In this document: in pieces, positions 8,259 through 16,931 of the stretch
Numbering within the stretch: the first letter of the stretch is position 1
Layout: every line of letters starts with the position of its first letter
Source of the DNA: a virus
Direction: 5' to 3' (one strand)
Virus record (IMG/VR): IMGVR_UViG_3300049002_000006
Location: 1-64,000 of that record
DNA length: 64,000 nucleotides
The notes under the pieces: generated by a model
What the model was told of the DNA's origin: nothing
Databases searched by the model: none
The model's input: only the letters and a program-made list of their open reading frames with translations
Position numbers and translations under genes: made by a program

Positions 8259-8615
8259 ATGAAAAAGAACTTCGGATGCCTGGACTGCAAAAGCGACAGA
8301 TTCGCAATGGTCATACTGAAGGAAGAGGTTTGGCTATCAATAGCTGACAAGCACGATTTCCTTTGTCCTGTTTGTATAGAAGTCCGTCTTAAAAGGAAGC
8401 TTACCTGGAATGACTTAAAAGGGTGTGTAGTTAACCTGGACGCTTTAATGGGGATTCACTACTTAATCACTTCCAGTCCACAAGAAATCCTTACTATGTT
8501 CCAGGAATATCAAGCTCTGATGAGTTTGGAAGCCCCTCTCCTCTCGCAAAAGTCAGAAGGATTAAAGGAAAAGCCTCGAAACGCCTCGAAACGCAAAGAA
8601 ATCAACAAAAAGTGA
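8259..8615 (+). CDS. zinc-finger phage protein
   Basis: CLDC...EVWLSI...LCPVCIEVRLKRKLTWND. Confidence 0.7.
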   Translation: MKKNFGCLDCKSDRFAMVILKEEVWLSIADKHDFLCPVCIEVRLKRKLTWNDLKGCVVNLDALMGIHYLITSSPQEILTMFQEYQALMSLEAPLLSQKSEGLKEKPRNASKRKEINKK

Positions 8616-9514
8616 AAAGGAGGAGGTTTCGCCGAATTAGTAGAATAGAACACTAAATATGTTCTCCAGATGTATACTCAATATTAACAATTAGTGGTAT
8701 AACATATCAAAAACGCCGTACCCAAGTCCAACCACTAATTATTTACAGGTAACGGTAGCACAATTCCAGAGACAGGCTACCTCATTACCAATTAATTCAG
8801 CCGGCTCACTCACTTCTGGCCCAAAACAAGTCTTCAAATCCCCTGGACAATCGTTATTAACCGCCCTTTTCCTGCGATATCTCCTGGCCAGAGCACAATC
8901 TCACGCCCTAGGCATAATAACTCAGGAAACCATCGGTTAATGCATTTCCTTTCAAATACCCCTCAGGTTCAATCAAGGACGCACACTTTCCTGCTAACAG
9001 AAGGTCAATAGGACTAATGGTTGAGTGGATGTGTTACCAATAGACCAATCACACACTCCTTCCAGGTAGCTCCTGTGATATGACTGGAAGAGATTCTTAG
9101 GTCGGGCTAGAGAGTCCAGCTACCAGTCTGCGTTCACGGTTAACAGGATATACGGTTTAGGAATTCGAGGCCGATAGGTAGCATTTGGAAGAGGTTAAGG
9201 TGCCAACGGACCAGGAGGGTTCAGCGCTGGTCGAGGTAATAAGGACTTACGGTCGAGCACTTCTTGGAGGTATTTCCATAGGTCTAACCAGGTGGGTTCA
9301 ACCGAGGTTAGACCTATTCGGACTACAGGTAGTATAGGTTTAAGTAGATTAGGACTAGCGGTTTTACCGGTGGTTAAGGGTTCAACAGACCCGGAGGGTT
9401 CATTTGGTCAACAGGTAATAGGTTAACGGTCGCGGTTGATCGGACTAAAGGACTAGCGGTTTCGATAGGTTTGGAGGTTGGTCAAGGGGTTTAAGTGGTT
9501 CAGGAGGAGGTGGA
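8616..9514. other. non-coding region with polar GGW-dense tracts
   Basis: No credible ORF. WCC-rich at about 8700-9060, about 52 GGW on + at 9061-9514, repeated AGGACTA/GGTT words. Confidence 0.75.
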
Positions 9515-9566
9515 AGCAGAAAAGCGCAAAAAAGAGAAGGGCGAGAAATCGCCGTGAGTGTGAACG

Positions 9567-9597
9567 AAAAGAGCCCCGGGCGAAGTGCCCGGGGCTC
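9567..9597 (-). terminator. intrinsic terminator of island gene
   Basis: GAGCCCCGGGC ACTTC GCCCGGGGCTC TTTT on minus strand. Confidence 0.9.
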
Positions 9598-9611
9598 ACG
9601 ATATCGAGATG

Positions 9612-10142
9612 CTACGCCGTCGCCACTTCGGGCACTTTCTTGCCCTTCGCCTTGCCCTTCGGGGCTTCGGCGGCCGGCTTCGTTTCGCTCTCGGCCGCGA
9701 TTAGTTGAGAGACGATTTGCACAATCGGCCCCGCCAGTGAGTAGCCGATGGCCGTTTTGCTCACGCGGCCGTTTCGCGTCATCGTGCCGTTGTGCGGGCC
9801 AGTCGGGCGATTCGGGCCGTACTCGACACTGCCGATGCTTGCGGCCATGTCACGATCACGCACGCCAGTCAGCTTGTCGGCCGCTTCGCCGTTCGCCAGC
9901 TGAGCGCACAAAGCGCTCAGCCACACTTTGAACATGGCGTGTGTGCCAGTGCCCGCCCGCGTGCCGTAGCTGGCGAGTAGCGTGCCCTGATCGCATAGGG
10001 CGTCGTACACGCGGCGGGCCGGCGTGTTCTCGGCGGGCAGGGCGATCATAGTGCCCGGCTGACTGCTACGCCCCGGCCGCACGGGCAGGGCCGCGAGGGC
10101 AGTAGCCAGCATCTCATTCGTCGTCGTGTTCAGCTTCGTCAT
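9612..10142 (-). CDS. isolated immediate-early-like protein (176 aa) in GGW-free island
   Basis: ATG 10142, SD ACAGGGG, own promoter and terminator; Lys/Ala-rich tail. Confidence 0.8.
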   Translation of the reverse strand: MTKLNTTTNEMLATALAALPVRPGRSSQPGTMIALPAENTPARRVYDALCDQGTLLASYGTRAGTGTHAMFKVWLSALCAQLANGEAADKLTGVRDRDMAASIGSVEYGPNRPTGPHNGTMTRNGRVSKTAIGYSLAGPIVQIVSQLIAAESETKPAAEAPKGKAKGKKVPEVATA

Positions 10143-10256
10143 GTCATAGCCCCTGTCTTGTAAGTACGTCATTGTCTGCATTGTGTCGCTCGCCCGCACA
10201 CGCACGTTGCGCGGCAGACGCGAGCCGAGATGTCAGAGAGCGTACTAGACAGAGTG

Positions 10257-10285
10257 ATTAAAGGGGCCGACTAGTCTGTTGTCAA
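10257..10285 (-). promoter_or_regulatory. strong promoter TTGACA-17-TTTAAT
   Basis: Consensus -35, 5/6 -10, 17-nt spacer. Confidence 0.85.
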
Positions 10286-10307
10286 CGATATCGAGTGATT
10301 TTATCAT
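10279..10307 (+). promoter_or_regulatory. overlapping divergent promoter TTGTCA-17-TATCAT
   Basis: Both hexamers 5/6; overlaps the -35 of the leftward promoter. Confidence 0.5.
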
Positions 10308-10485
10308 CACTATTTCGAGCAATTGTTCACTAGCAGTGGTAGCGAATGTCGTGCCATACCCTCATGGTTCAATAGGACTAACGTGATTACTGCCGACAGG
10401 GGGTAATAGAGGAGGATTGGAGGACTCCCCTACTTCGTGGATGAATCTGGAGGAGGGGCATTGGCAGTGAATGGGCAACCCATCC

Positions 10486-10591
10486 CTATCGATTTTTTTA
10501 TTTTTTACCCGGTATCGATTTCTAAATTTTCGCCCGGTATTTTTTAACTACGGTTTTTATCTCCTGGTATCGATTTTTTATTTTTTTAGGT
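10486..10591. repeat. T-tract repeats (GGTATCGATTTTTTA)
   Basis: TATCGATTT at about 10488, 10513 and 10568, plus CCCGGTAT x2. Confidence 0.8.
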
Positions 10592-10606
10592 AATTTTAGA
10601 AATACC

Positions 10607-10635
10607 TTGCCGTCCAGAAAACTATCGAGTATGCT
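10607..10635 (+). promoter_or_regulatory. late-operon promoter TTGCCG-17-TATGCT with 9-bp inverted repeat over -10
   Basis: Spacing; CGAGTATGC..GCATACTCG. Confidence 0.55.
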
Positions 10636-10697
10636 ACCCGCATACTCGCAGGAAACTCATCAGACCAAATTACCTGAATTCGCCCTAGGAGAACACC

Positions 10698-11102
10698 ATG
10701 AGTGGTAAGCTGCCTGACCTGGCAAACCCCTACAAAACGCGGGCGTTCGACTACGTCGGCACGACCATCGGGGCGGAAGCCACGAACGTTATCACCGTGG
10801 CCTGCCAGCTGCAAACGAGCGACCGGCGGGACATCGCCGAGCGGGCCATGATCGAATGGTTCATCAGTGACGACGCGGCCGGCGACAGCCTGGTAGCCAC
10901 AGCCCCGGACGGCGGCGTGGCCGCCGGGGCGGACGGTTGGCTCAGCCAACTCGTTACCGGAAAACTCGGGGTCGCCGTGTGCGAGGCCGACGGGGATTTG
11001 GACATCGCCATCACCCACGCGGCCGGGGCGAAGACCGTTTACCTGGGGTTCCGGATGCCGGACGGGACTATCCGGATGTCGGCCGCTATCACCTTCGCCT
11101 AA
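10698..11102 (+). CDS. putative virion structural protein
   Basis: A/G/T/D-rich beta composition, SD AGGAG. Confidence 0.6.
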   Translation: MSGKLPDLANPYKTRAFDYVGTTIGAEATNVITVACQLQTSDRRDIAERAMIEWFISDDAAGDSLVATAPDGGVAAGADGWLSQLVTGKLGVAVCEADGDLDIAITHAAGAKTVYLGFRMPDGTIRMSAAITFA

Positions 11103-11115
11103 CGGAGCAACTTCC

Positions 11116-11487
11116 GTGCCGCAGGACCACAGAGGACTCGTATTGGGTCCTGGTTCGGTAAGAGACGAGATTCTGGAAGAAAACCGAAAGCGATTTGAGG
11201 GCGAACTCCTCAAGGCAATGAAGAAAAGGTCTGTCATGCACTACCGGAACGGACGGGAAGCGAAAAACGGGGACAAGATCGTGTCCCTCGGTAGGAGCTT
11301 CCTCATCGAAGCAGTAGGAGTTTTGTTCGACGCGACTTCGGAAGGAGGTAACCACTGCAACGGGCAGATCGCCCCGGTCAGAGGAGGTCCGGTGTCTCAC
11401 GCCTGCCTCTGTGACTGCCTACACGTGGAAGACCTGTACGCGATTCTGAAAGAGAAGGGCCTCCACAAGCGTCCGGACGGAAAGTAA
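11116..11487 (+). CDS. hypothetical protein (probable start 11236, MHYRNGREAKNGD)
   Basis: Small conserved-looking protein. Confidence 0.55.
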   Translation: MPQDHRGLVLGPGSVRDEILEENRKRFEGELLKAMKKRSVMHYRNGREAKNGDKIVSLGRSFLIEAVGVLFDATSEGGNHCNGQIAPVRGGPVSHACLCDCLHVEDLYAILKEKGLHKRPDGK

Positions 11488-11503
11488 TAAAGGAGCAACT
11501 TCG

Positions 11504-11686
11504 ATGTGGGCCGTCGTGTTCGTCGTCCTGATGATTCTGATCCCAGTGCTGTACTTCGTCCTGAGGGAACCGCCTGGTCGGAACGTGATGGTAGCGGTCA
11601 TCCTGCTATGGGTGTGCGTGGCGATCCTCGGACTATACATGTTCGGGGGGTTTTGGGAACCTAGGGCGGCAGTCCTGGTAAGGTGA
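11504..11686 (+). CDS. small 2-TM membrane protein
   Basis: Two hydrophobic stretches, SD AGGAG. Confidence 0.6.
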   Translation: MWAVVFVVLMILIPVLYFVLREPPGRNVMVAVILLWVCVAILGLYMFGGFWEPRAAVLVR

Positions 11687-11687
11687 T

Positions 11688-12059
11688 ATGACAACCAACG
11701 ACCTGATTTACGGTGAAGACAGTTTACCAGTCCTGGTCTTCACCGGGTACACGGAGTTTCTGGTAGGGGGCAAAGACAGGTCGTCTCAGTGGACTAAGGT
11801 TCGGGACGAATACATCAAGGCCAACCCGGACTGCGAATGCTGCACTAGGAAGGCCGAAACCGTTCACCACAAAAGACCGTATCACCTGTTTCCGGATCTC
11901 GAGCTCGACAAGTCGAACCTGATGAGCGTTTGCGACCACTGCCACCTGGTGTTACTACACGCCGGTGACTTTAGGTTGTGGATGGACATGCCCGATCTGG
12001 AAGCCGCCCGGCACCGGAACATCGTCAAACTCGCCAAGAAAAGGTCGGTGAAACTATGA
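11688..12059 (+). CDS. HNH endonuclease
   Basis: CECC..VHHKRP..NLMSVCDHCH. Confidence 0.85.
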   Translation: MTTNDLIYGEDSLPVLVFTGYTEFLVGGKDRSSQWTKVRDEYIKANPDCECCTRKAETVHHKRPYHLFPDLELDKSNLMSVCDHCHLVLLHAGDFRLWMDMPDLEAARHRNIVKLAKKRSVKL

Positions 12060-12409
12060 GTGACAGTCCGTACATGGACCGCGACAAGACCAGAGAGCAG
12101 TTCGACTCATATGGAGTCTACGCCTCGGAAGAGTTTCAGGCGTTCTGCGAACGGTTCGGAATCGCCTGGGGACTACATACCAAGTCCATTACGATCACGT
12201 TGCCGGCCGAAGGCATCATGACTGTCGTCCAGGAATACCATACGACGGTGAAGAAGGACGATCCGTTGTCGAATGCCGCCAGGACGAAAGTAGGCAAAGG
12301 AGCCGGACCGCGACCGGCCGACGACCCGGTGAAGGTGATTGACACGACTACTGCCCACAACAAGGAGTACAGGACGGCAATCCCTTCGGCCAGGAAGGAT
12401 TTGGACTAA
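12056..12409 (+). CDS. hypothetical protein
   Basis: ATGA coupled. Confidence 0.6.
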   Translation: MSDSPYMDRDKTREQFDSYGVYASEEFQAFCERFGIAWGLHTKSITITLPAEGIMTVVQEYHTTVKKDDPLSNAARTKVGKGAGPRPADDPVKVIDTTTAHNKEYRTAIPSARKDLD

Positions 12410-12756
12410 TGCCCAATCTGACTACCCAAACGGCCGTCATCGCCAGCGGGGTGTCCATCTCCGGGGTCATCGAAACCGGCCAGCTGACGCCGTGTGCCAT
12501 CCAACTCCCGTCGGCTTGGACGACTGCCGGGATCACGTTCGCCGTCAGTCTCGACGGGGCGACCTACGGGCCGCTCAAGAACCAGGCGGGCACGGAAGTT
12601 CTCGTCACGGCCCCGGATGCGGATGACGTAATCAATCTCGACCCGAAAGACTTCGGGGCCGTCCGGTACTTCAAGATCAGGTCGGGGACGGAAGGCTCGC
12701 CCGTGAACCAGGGTGCCGCCCGGTCGATCATCGTCTGTTCTCGGTTCGTGCCTTAA
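12409..12756 (+). CDS. putative virion structural protein
   Basis: IQLPSAWTTAGITFAVSLDG..YFKIRSGT small beta protein. Confidence 0.65.
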   Translation: MPNLTTQTAVIASGVSISGVIETGQLTPCAIQLPSAWTTAGITFAVSLDGATYGPLKNQAGTEVLVTAPDADDVINLDPKDFGAVRYFKIRSGTEGSPVNQGAARSIIVCSRFVP

Positions 12757-12777
12757 CCGGAAAGGAGAAGTGACCAA

Positions 12778-13191
12778 CTGGCCAGCTACAATAAACATAA
12801 CAACTGGGCGGAGGATATGGTCGAGGTTGCCAACATGGGCACCGACCAATTCGTCCTGGCCCTGACGGCGGCGGCGAACGCCCCGGTGGCGACCAACGCC
12901 ATCCTGGCGAATCTGACCCAAGTCAGCTACACGAACTTGTCGTCCCGTAACCTGACGACGAGTAGTAGTTCCCAGACGACCGGGACTTACACCCTTGTTA
13001 TCAACGACCTGGTGTTGACGGCCTCGGGCGGGGCCGTGGCGACTTTCCGGTACGTGGACATGTACGACGACACCCCGACCAGTCCGGCCGATCCTCTGGT
13101 CGCGTGGTGGGACTACGGCGGGAACGTGACACTGGCCGACACCGAGACCTTCACGTTCGACTGCGGGGCCAACGTTATCAGTCTATCCTAA
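12778..13191 (+). CDS. virion structural protein, probable CTG start
   Basis: SD AAAGGAG 10 nt before CTG GCC AGC TAC AAT AAA; fibre-associated composition. Confidence 0.65.
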   Translation: MASYNKHNNWAEDMVEVANMGTDQFVLALTAAANAPVATNAILANLTQVSYTNLSSRNLTTSSSSQTTGTYTLVINDLVLTASGGAVATFRYVDMYDDTPTSPADPLVAWWDYGGNVTLADTETFTFDCGANVISLS

Positions 13192-13209
13192 GGAAAGGAA
13201 CGACTCGCA

Positions 13210-13617
13210 ATGTCCAAACAACCGAACACTCTGACAGACCTTCAGTTCGACCTGCTCCGGCAGGTTCCAGAGGGATATAAGGACGTAAACCCGACTGGCG
13301 TCTACGTCATGAAAGACCCACGACTTCCGCAATTCGAGTTCCACTGGCACCCCGGCGTCCAAAAAGTGTATTGCCTCTACCTGCGGGGGTACTACAAAGA
13401 AGGGACGTGGGTCAAGTCGGGCAATCAGCGCGACTGCACGGGCGAGAAGATCGCCGAACACGTCGCCACGCACGCCATAGCGTTTTCCTTCGTGCAAACG
13501 TTCTGCCGCGGCTACATACTCGCCCTGAGTCAGAAAGCCCGGGAAACGACGAATTACGGCGGGCTCGTGCCCGAACGCATTCTCCTCTACTCACCGTTAC
13601 CAACGGAGGGCAAATAG
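13210..13617 (+). CDS. hypothetical protein
   Basis: ORF with SD. Confidence 0.6.
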   Translation: MSKQPNTLTDLQFDLLRQVPEGYKDVNPTGVYVMKDPRLPQFEFHWHPGVQKVYCLYLRGYYKEGTWVKSGNQRDCTGEKIAEHVATHAIAFSFVQTFCRGYILALSQKARETTNYGGLVPERILLYSPLPTEGK

Positions 13618-13618
13618 C

Positions 13619-13915
13619 ATGACGACCAAAGCAGCCGAAAAAGAAAAGACGCCTCCGGCCAAGAAGCAAGAGTCGGAAATCGTCCAGATGGCAAAAAAAA
13701 GGCGGGCGGAGTTGGTCAAGGAAAAGGCGGAGTTGGTCAAGAAGATGCAGCCCCACCGCGACTACTTGGACAAGGTCGCGGCCGACCAGAAGCTGAACGA
13801 GGCCAGGAAGAAGGTTAAGGAGTACAACGTCCTGATCGGACCCATCGACCAGGCCCTGGCGGACTGTGCCCGGCTGATCGGCACAGTTTCCATGTCCCAG
13901 TCGGAAGGTAAGTGA
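13619..13915 (+). CDS. basic coiled-coil protein
   Basis: ORF with SD. Confidence 0.6.
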   Translation: MTTKAAEKEKTPPAKKQESEIVQMAKKRRAELVKEKAELVKKMQPHRDYLDKVAADQKLNEARKKVKEYNVLIGPIDQALADCARLIGTVSMSQSEGK

Positions 13916-13967
13916 CTGATGGTCTATTATGTCTCGAAACAACTCCTAAACCAATTAGCGTGACTTT

Positions 13968-15206
13968 GTGGCTTGCGTATTCCGGGCACAATCGGCGGTC
14001 GTCGGTGCCGGGTCTACGAACCCGAACCCTGGGGAACCTAGCGGGACGGCGGTCGGGGACTACCTCCTCGCCCTCGCCACCATCGACAACACGGCGACGA
14101 CTTGGACCGCCCCGGCCGGGTGGACGACGTTCTCCTCGGGGACACTTGCCGGCCTGAACAACTTCAAGTGGATCATGAGCGGGATTGCCCGGGGCGGGTC
14201 GGCTGTGGCGACGGCGTGGACTCAAAATGCCGTGTCCCTGTTCTGGGAAGTTCACATCCTGTCCCTCCGCAGTAACGCCGGACTGAGTATTGCCCTGGAT
14301 GCTCAGTCCGCGGCAGGTGGGACGTGGGCTAGCGGAGTTCATTCCATTGACCCGCCTGCCGCTGTGGCAATAGCCCCGGCCTCTCTCGCGGTTTGCATGG
14401 CCGTGAACTGGAACGGGACGGTATCCGGGACCTGGACCGCCCCGGCCGGGTACACCATGCGGACCCGGAACACGAGCGGGGACGACACGGTCGGGGCCAG
14501 CAAGACCCTGTCGGCGGCCGGGTCGGAAGACCCCGGCACGTTCTCCGGGACGACTAACGTGACGGTCGGCGGGTGGGACGGGATGACGTTTATTTTGACC
14601 GAAGTCAAAGCCCCACTGCTGCCCCGTCGCCCCCGCCGCTGGTTCCGGACGGCGGGGGGGAGTTCTGGCCCCGCTGACGACCGGTTTATTACTTCCGACT
14701 GGAGTTTTTTAATGAGTCGGATCTATATGTGCCCACTGACCGGGACGATCACCAACGCCGGCGGTAACACCGACTTACTGGAAGTTTTGCCCGGGGACGA
14801 CAAGCCGGTCCGCATTCGGGGTATCTTACTCAGTCAGATAAGTGAGGTCGGGGACGCGGCCGAAGAAGGACTCCAGATCAGTGTCCAACGGTTCGCCGCC
14901 ACGGTCACGTCCGGATCAGGCGGGACGGCCGACGCCGCTGCGAACCGCGTCCCGATTGACAGTGCCGACTCGGCCGGCGGGATGACGGTCGAATTTAACA
15001 ACACGACCGTCGCCACCACGTCCGGTACGGCGAGCCCGATGGGCTATCTAGGTTGGAACGAACGGAACAGCCCTTACGATTTCTGGTTTCCGGACGAGCG
15101 ATTCTGTCCGATCATCAAACAGGGCGAGGGCGGATTCGTCCGGCAGGACACGACGGCCGCCGACGACTACACCGGGTGCTTTACCTTCTGGATCGAGGAG
15201 TTGTAA
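13968..15206 (+). CDS. two-domain virion structural protein (internal start 14712)
   Basis: WTAPAGW/WTAPAGY repeats; internal GGAG+ATG. Confidence 0.7.
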   Translation: MACVFRAQSAVVGAGSTNPNPGEPSGTAVGDYLLALATIDNTATTWTAPAGWTTFSSGTLAGLNNFKWIMSGIARGGSAVATAWTQNAVSLFWEVHILSLRSNAGLSIALDAQSAAGGTWASGVHSIDPPAAVAIAPASLAVCMAVNWNGTVSGTWTAPAGYTMRTRNTSGDDTVGASKTLSAAGSEDPGTFSGTTNVTVGGWDGMTFILTEVKAPLLPRRPRRWFRTAGGSSGPADDRFITSDWSFLMSRIYMCPLTGTITNAGGNTDLLEVLPGDDKPVRIRGILLSQISEVGDAAEEGLQISVQRFAATVTSGSGGTADAAANRVPIDSADSAGGMTVEFNNTTVATTSGTASPMGYLGWNERNSPYDFWFPDERFCPIIKQGEGGFVRQDTTAADDYTGCFTFWIEEL

Positions 15207-15487
15207 TGGCGACAATCAAGGTCGGGGGCCGCGTCAAGACGGCGGAGGGGGAAGGAATGGTCGTCACCGTCCACGATGCCAACACACTGTATCCAGGAAA
15301 GCCGTTGCACAAGAAGCAGGACACGAAGCCGGACCGTCGAGACACACACTACCTGCCGGGGGATAAAGTCTATCAGGTCGAATTAGACGACCAACCGATG
15401 CGACCTGGTCCGGCCGGGAAAATGGTCCGGACCAGGAAGGCTCCCACCTATAGTAATTTCCATGAGTCGCAGGTGGAACCGTGTTAG
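15206..15487 (+). CDS. SH3/KOW-like hypothetical protein
   Basis: IKVGGRVKTAEGEGMVV; TAATG coupling. Confidence 0.55.
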   Translation: MATIKVGGRVKTAEGEGMVVTVHDANTLYPGKPLHKKQDTKPDRRDTHYLPGDKVYQVELDDQPMRPGPAGKMVRTRKAPTYSNFHESQVEPC

Positions 15488-15822
15488 AACTTCCAGATTT
15501 GGTGCAGTGTCCGAAGGTGACTCTATCTAAAAACCTGGACTGCGTAATCGGCCGTCGAGGTGCGCTAGTTACGGCCCGGATCGGGAATGCCGACCTGAAG
15601 CCGATGGACTACGCGGAAGCCATCCGGACCGGGCAGTATCTCATCAACCAGGGCGGGGCGGCGATGCGGGCAGGTGAAATTGTGAGTCGTTTGACCTTCA
15701 GTCACCATCATCTCGAATGCCATCCGAAAGTCCTGCTCAAGATCGGACAGTGGATCATGGCGAAGGGAAGTGAGGCGAAACTGATGACTGGTGACACGCT
15801 CAAGCGCGTGTACGTGGGCTAG
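15481..15822 (+). CDS. hypothetical protein
   Basis: ORF in operon. Confidence 0.6.
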   Translation: MLELPDLVQCPKVTLSKNLDCVIGRRGALVTARIGNADLKPMDYAEAIRTGQYLINQGGAAMRAGEIVSRLTFSHHHLECHPKVLLKIGQWIMAKGSEAKLMTGDTLKRVYVG

Positions 15823-15830
15823 GAGGGATC

Positions 15831-16931
15831 GTGCCGTTCTTCGTCCGGGTTCCGTTTCGACCCCGTTGCCGCCGGCCGGTCTTGTACTCCAAGTCCGGCA
15901 TTTCCGGATCGGCCACGATGGTCGTTGGCGGCGGAACTTACAGCTACACGGGGGCCAGTGTCAACCTGGCCTACGGCAGGAAGTTGGCCGTAGGCGGAGG
16001 TGCTTATACTTACACGGGCGGAACGGTAGGGTTGGCCCACGGCTATAAGGTTCCGGTCGGCGGAGGCGCGTACACCGTCACGGGCGGGGCGATCAATTTT
16101 CTACGTACCTACGACCTGCCAGTAGACGGCGGAATTTATACCTACGTGGGGAACTTAGTAGGACTCAAAAGGGGCTACCCGTTAGTCGTCGGTGGTGGGA
16201 CTTACACTTACACAGGAAGTAATGTCGGTTTGGCTCACGGCTACAAGATTCCGGCAGGTAGCGGGACTTATTCGTACACGGGCGGAACGGTTGCACTAGT
16301 ACGTGGTCGGCCGATGGCCGTAGGTCTTGGTAGCTATTCGTACACGGGGGGCAGTGTCGGGTTGCGGCGGGGCTACCCGCTGGCCGTCAGCGGTGGTACT
16401 TACTTGTATGCTGGCTCCAGCGTCAATTTGCTGTATTCCGGGGCCGGCGACAAAGTGATGAGTGCCGACGGCGGGGCTTATGCTTACAGCGGGGGAAATG
16501 TCAATCTACGCTGGACACGGGCAAGTCTAGGCGTGGGCGGGGGCAGTTACAGTTACGCGGGGGCCATGGTCGGGCTAAAGTACGGTCGAAATCTGCCCGC
16601 AGGAGGTGGGTCGTACAGTTACGTCGGCGGTACTGTCATTTTGCGGTATGGGCACAAGACGCCGGTGACTGGCGGATCTTATGCCTATTCCGGAAGTAGT
16701 GTTGGGTTGTATTTGGGCCGGCGGGTGACAGTCGGTAACGGAGTGTATTCGTACACCGGAAGTTTGGTATCTCTCCGGGCTCAGAGGTATCTAACTGTTA
16801 CCGGCGGGGCTTACAGTTACGTCGGTGGTGATGTCGGGTTGACGTATTCAGGAGAGACGGTGTTCCCGACGCACGGCGGTGGGAAGGTGTTCGAGCCACT
16901 TATGGGATTTGGTAGAATCTGGAGGTTGTAA
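15831..16931 (+). CDS. repeat fibre protein (about 25-aa VxGGxYxYxGxxVxL repeats)
   Basis: About 13 imperfect tandem repeats. Confidence 0.8.
   Translation: MPFFVRVPFRPRCRRPVLYSKSGISGSATMVVGGGTYSYTGASVNLAYGRKLAVGGGAYTYTGGTVGLAHGYKVPVGGGAYTVTGGAINFLRTYDLPVDGGIYTYVGNLVGLKRGYPLVVGGGTYTYTGSNVGLAHGYKIPAGSGTYSYTGGTVALVRGRPMAVGLGSYSYTGGSVGLRRGYPLAVSGGTYLYAGSSVNLLYSGAGDKVMSADGGAYAYSGGNVNLRWTRASLGVGGGSYSYAGAMVGLKYGRNLPAGGGSYSYVGGTVILRYGHKTPVTGGSYAYSGSSVGLYLGRRVTVGNGVYSYTGSLVSLRAQRYLTVTGGAYSYVGGDVGLTYSGETVFPTHGGGKVFEPLMGFGRIWRL

Noticed and set aside
9061-9514. Possible CRISPR array or tRNA cluster
   Set aside because: Repeats are short and degenerate with no constant repeat-spacer period; no cloverleaf found
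9515-10337. Ordinary restriction-site avoidance or horizontal transfer as explanation
   Set aside because: A 3-nt word is lost completely, including non-coding DNA, while GGCC and GATC persist and flanks are enriched; disfavoured but not formally excluded
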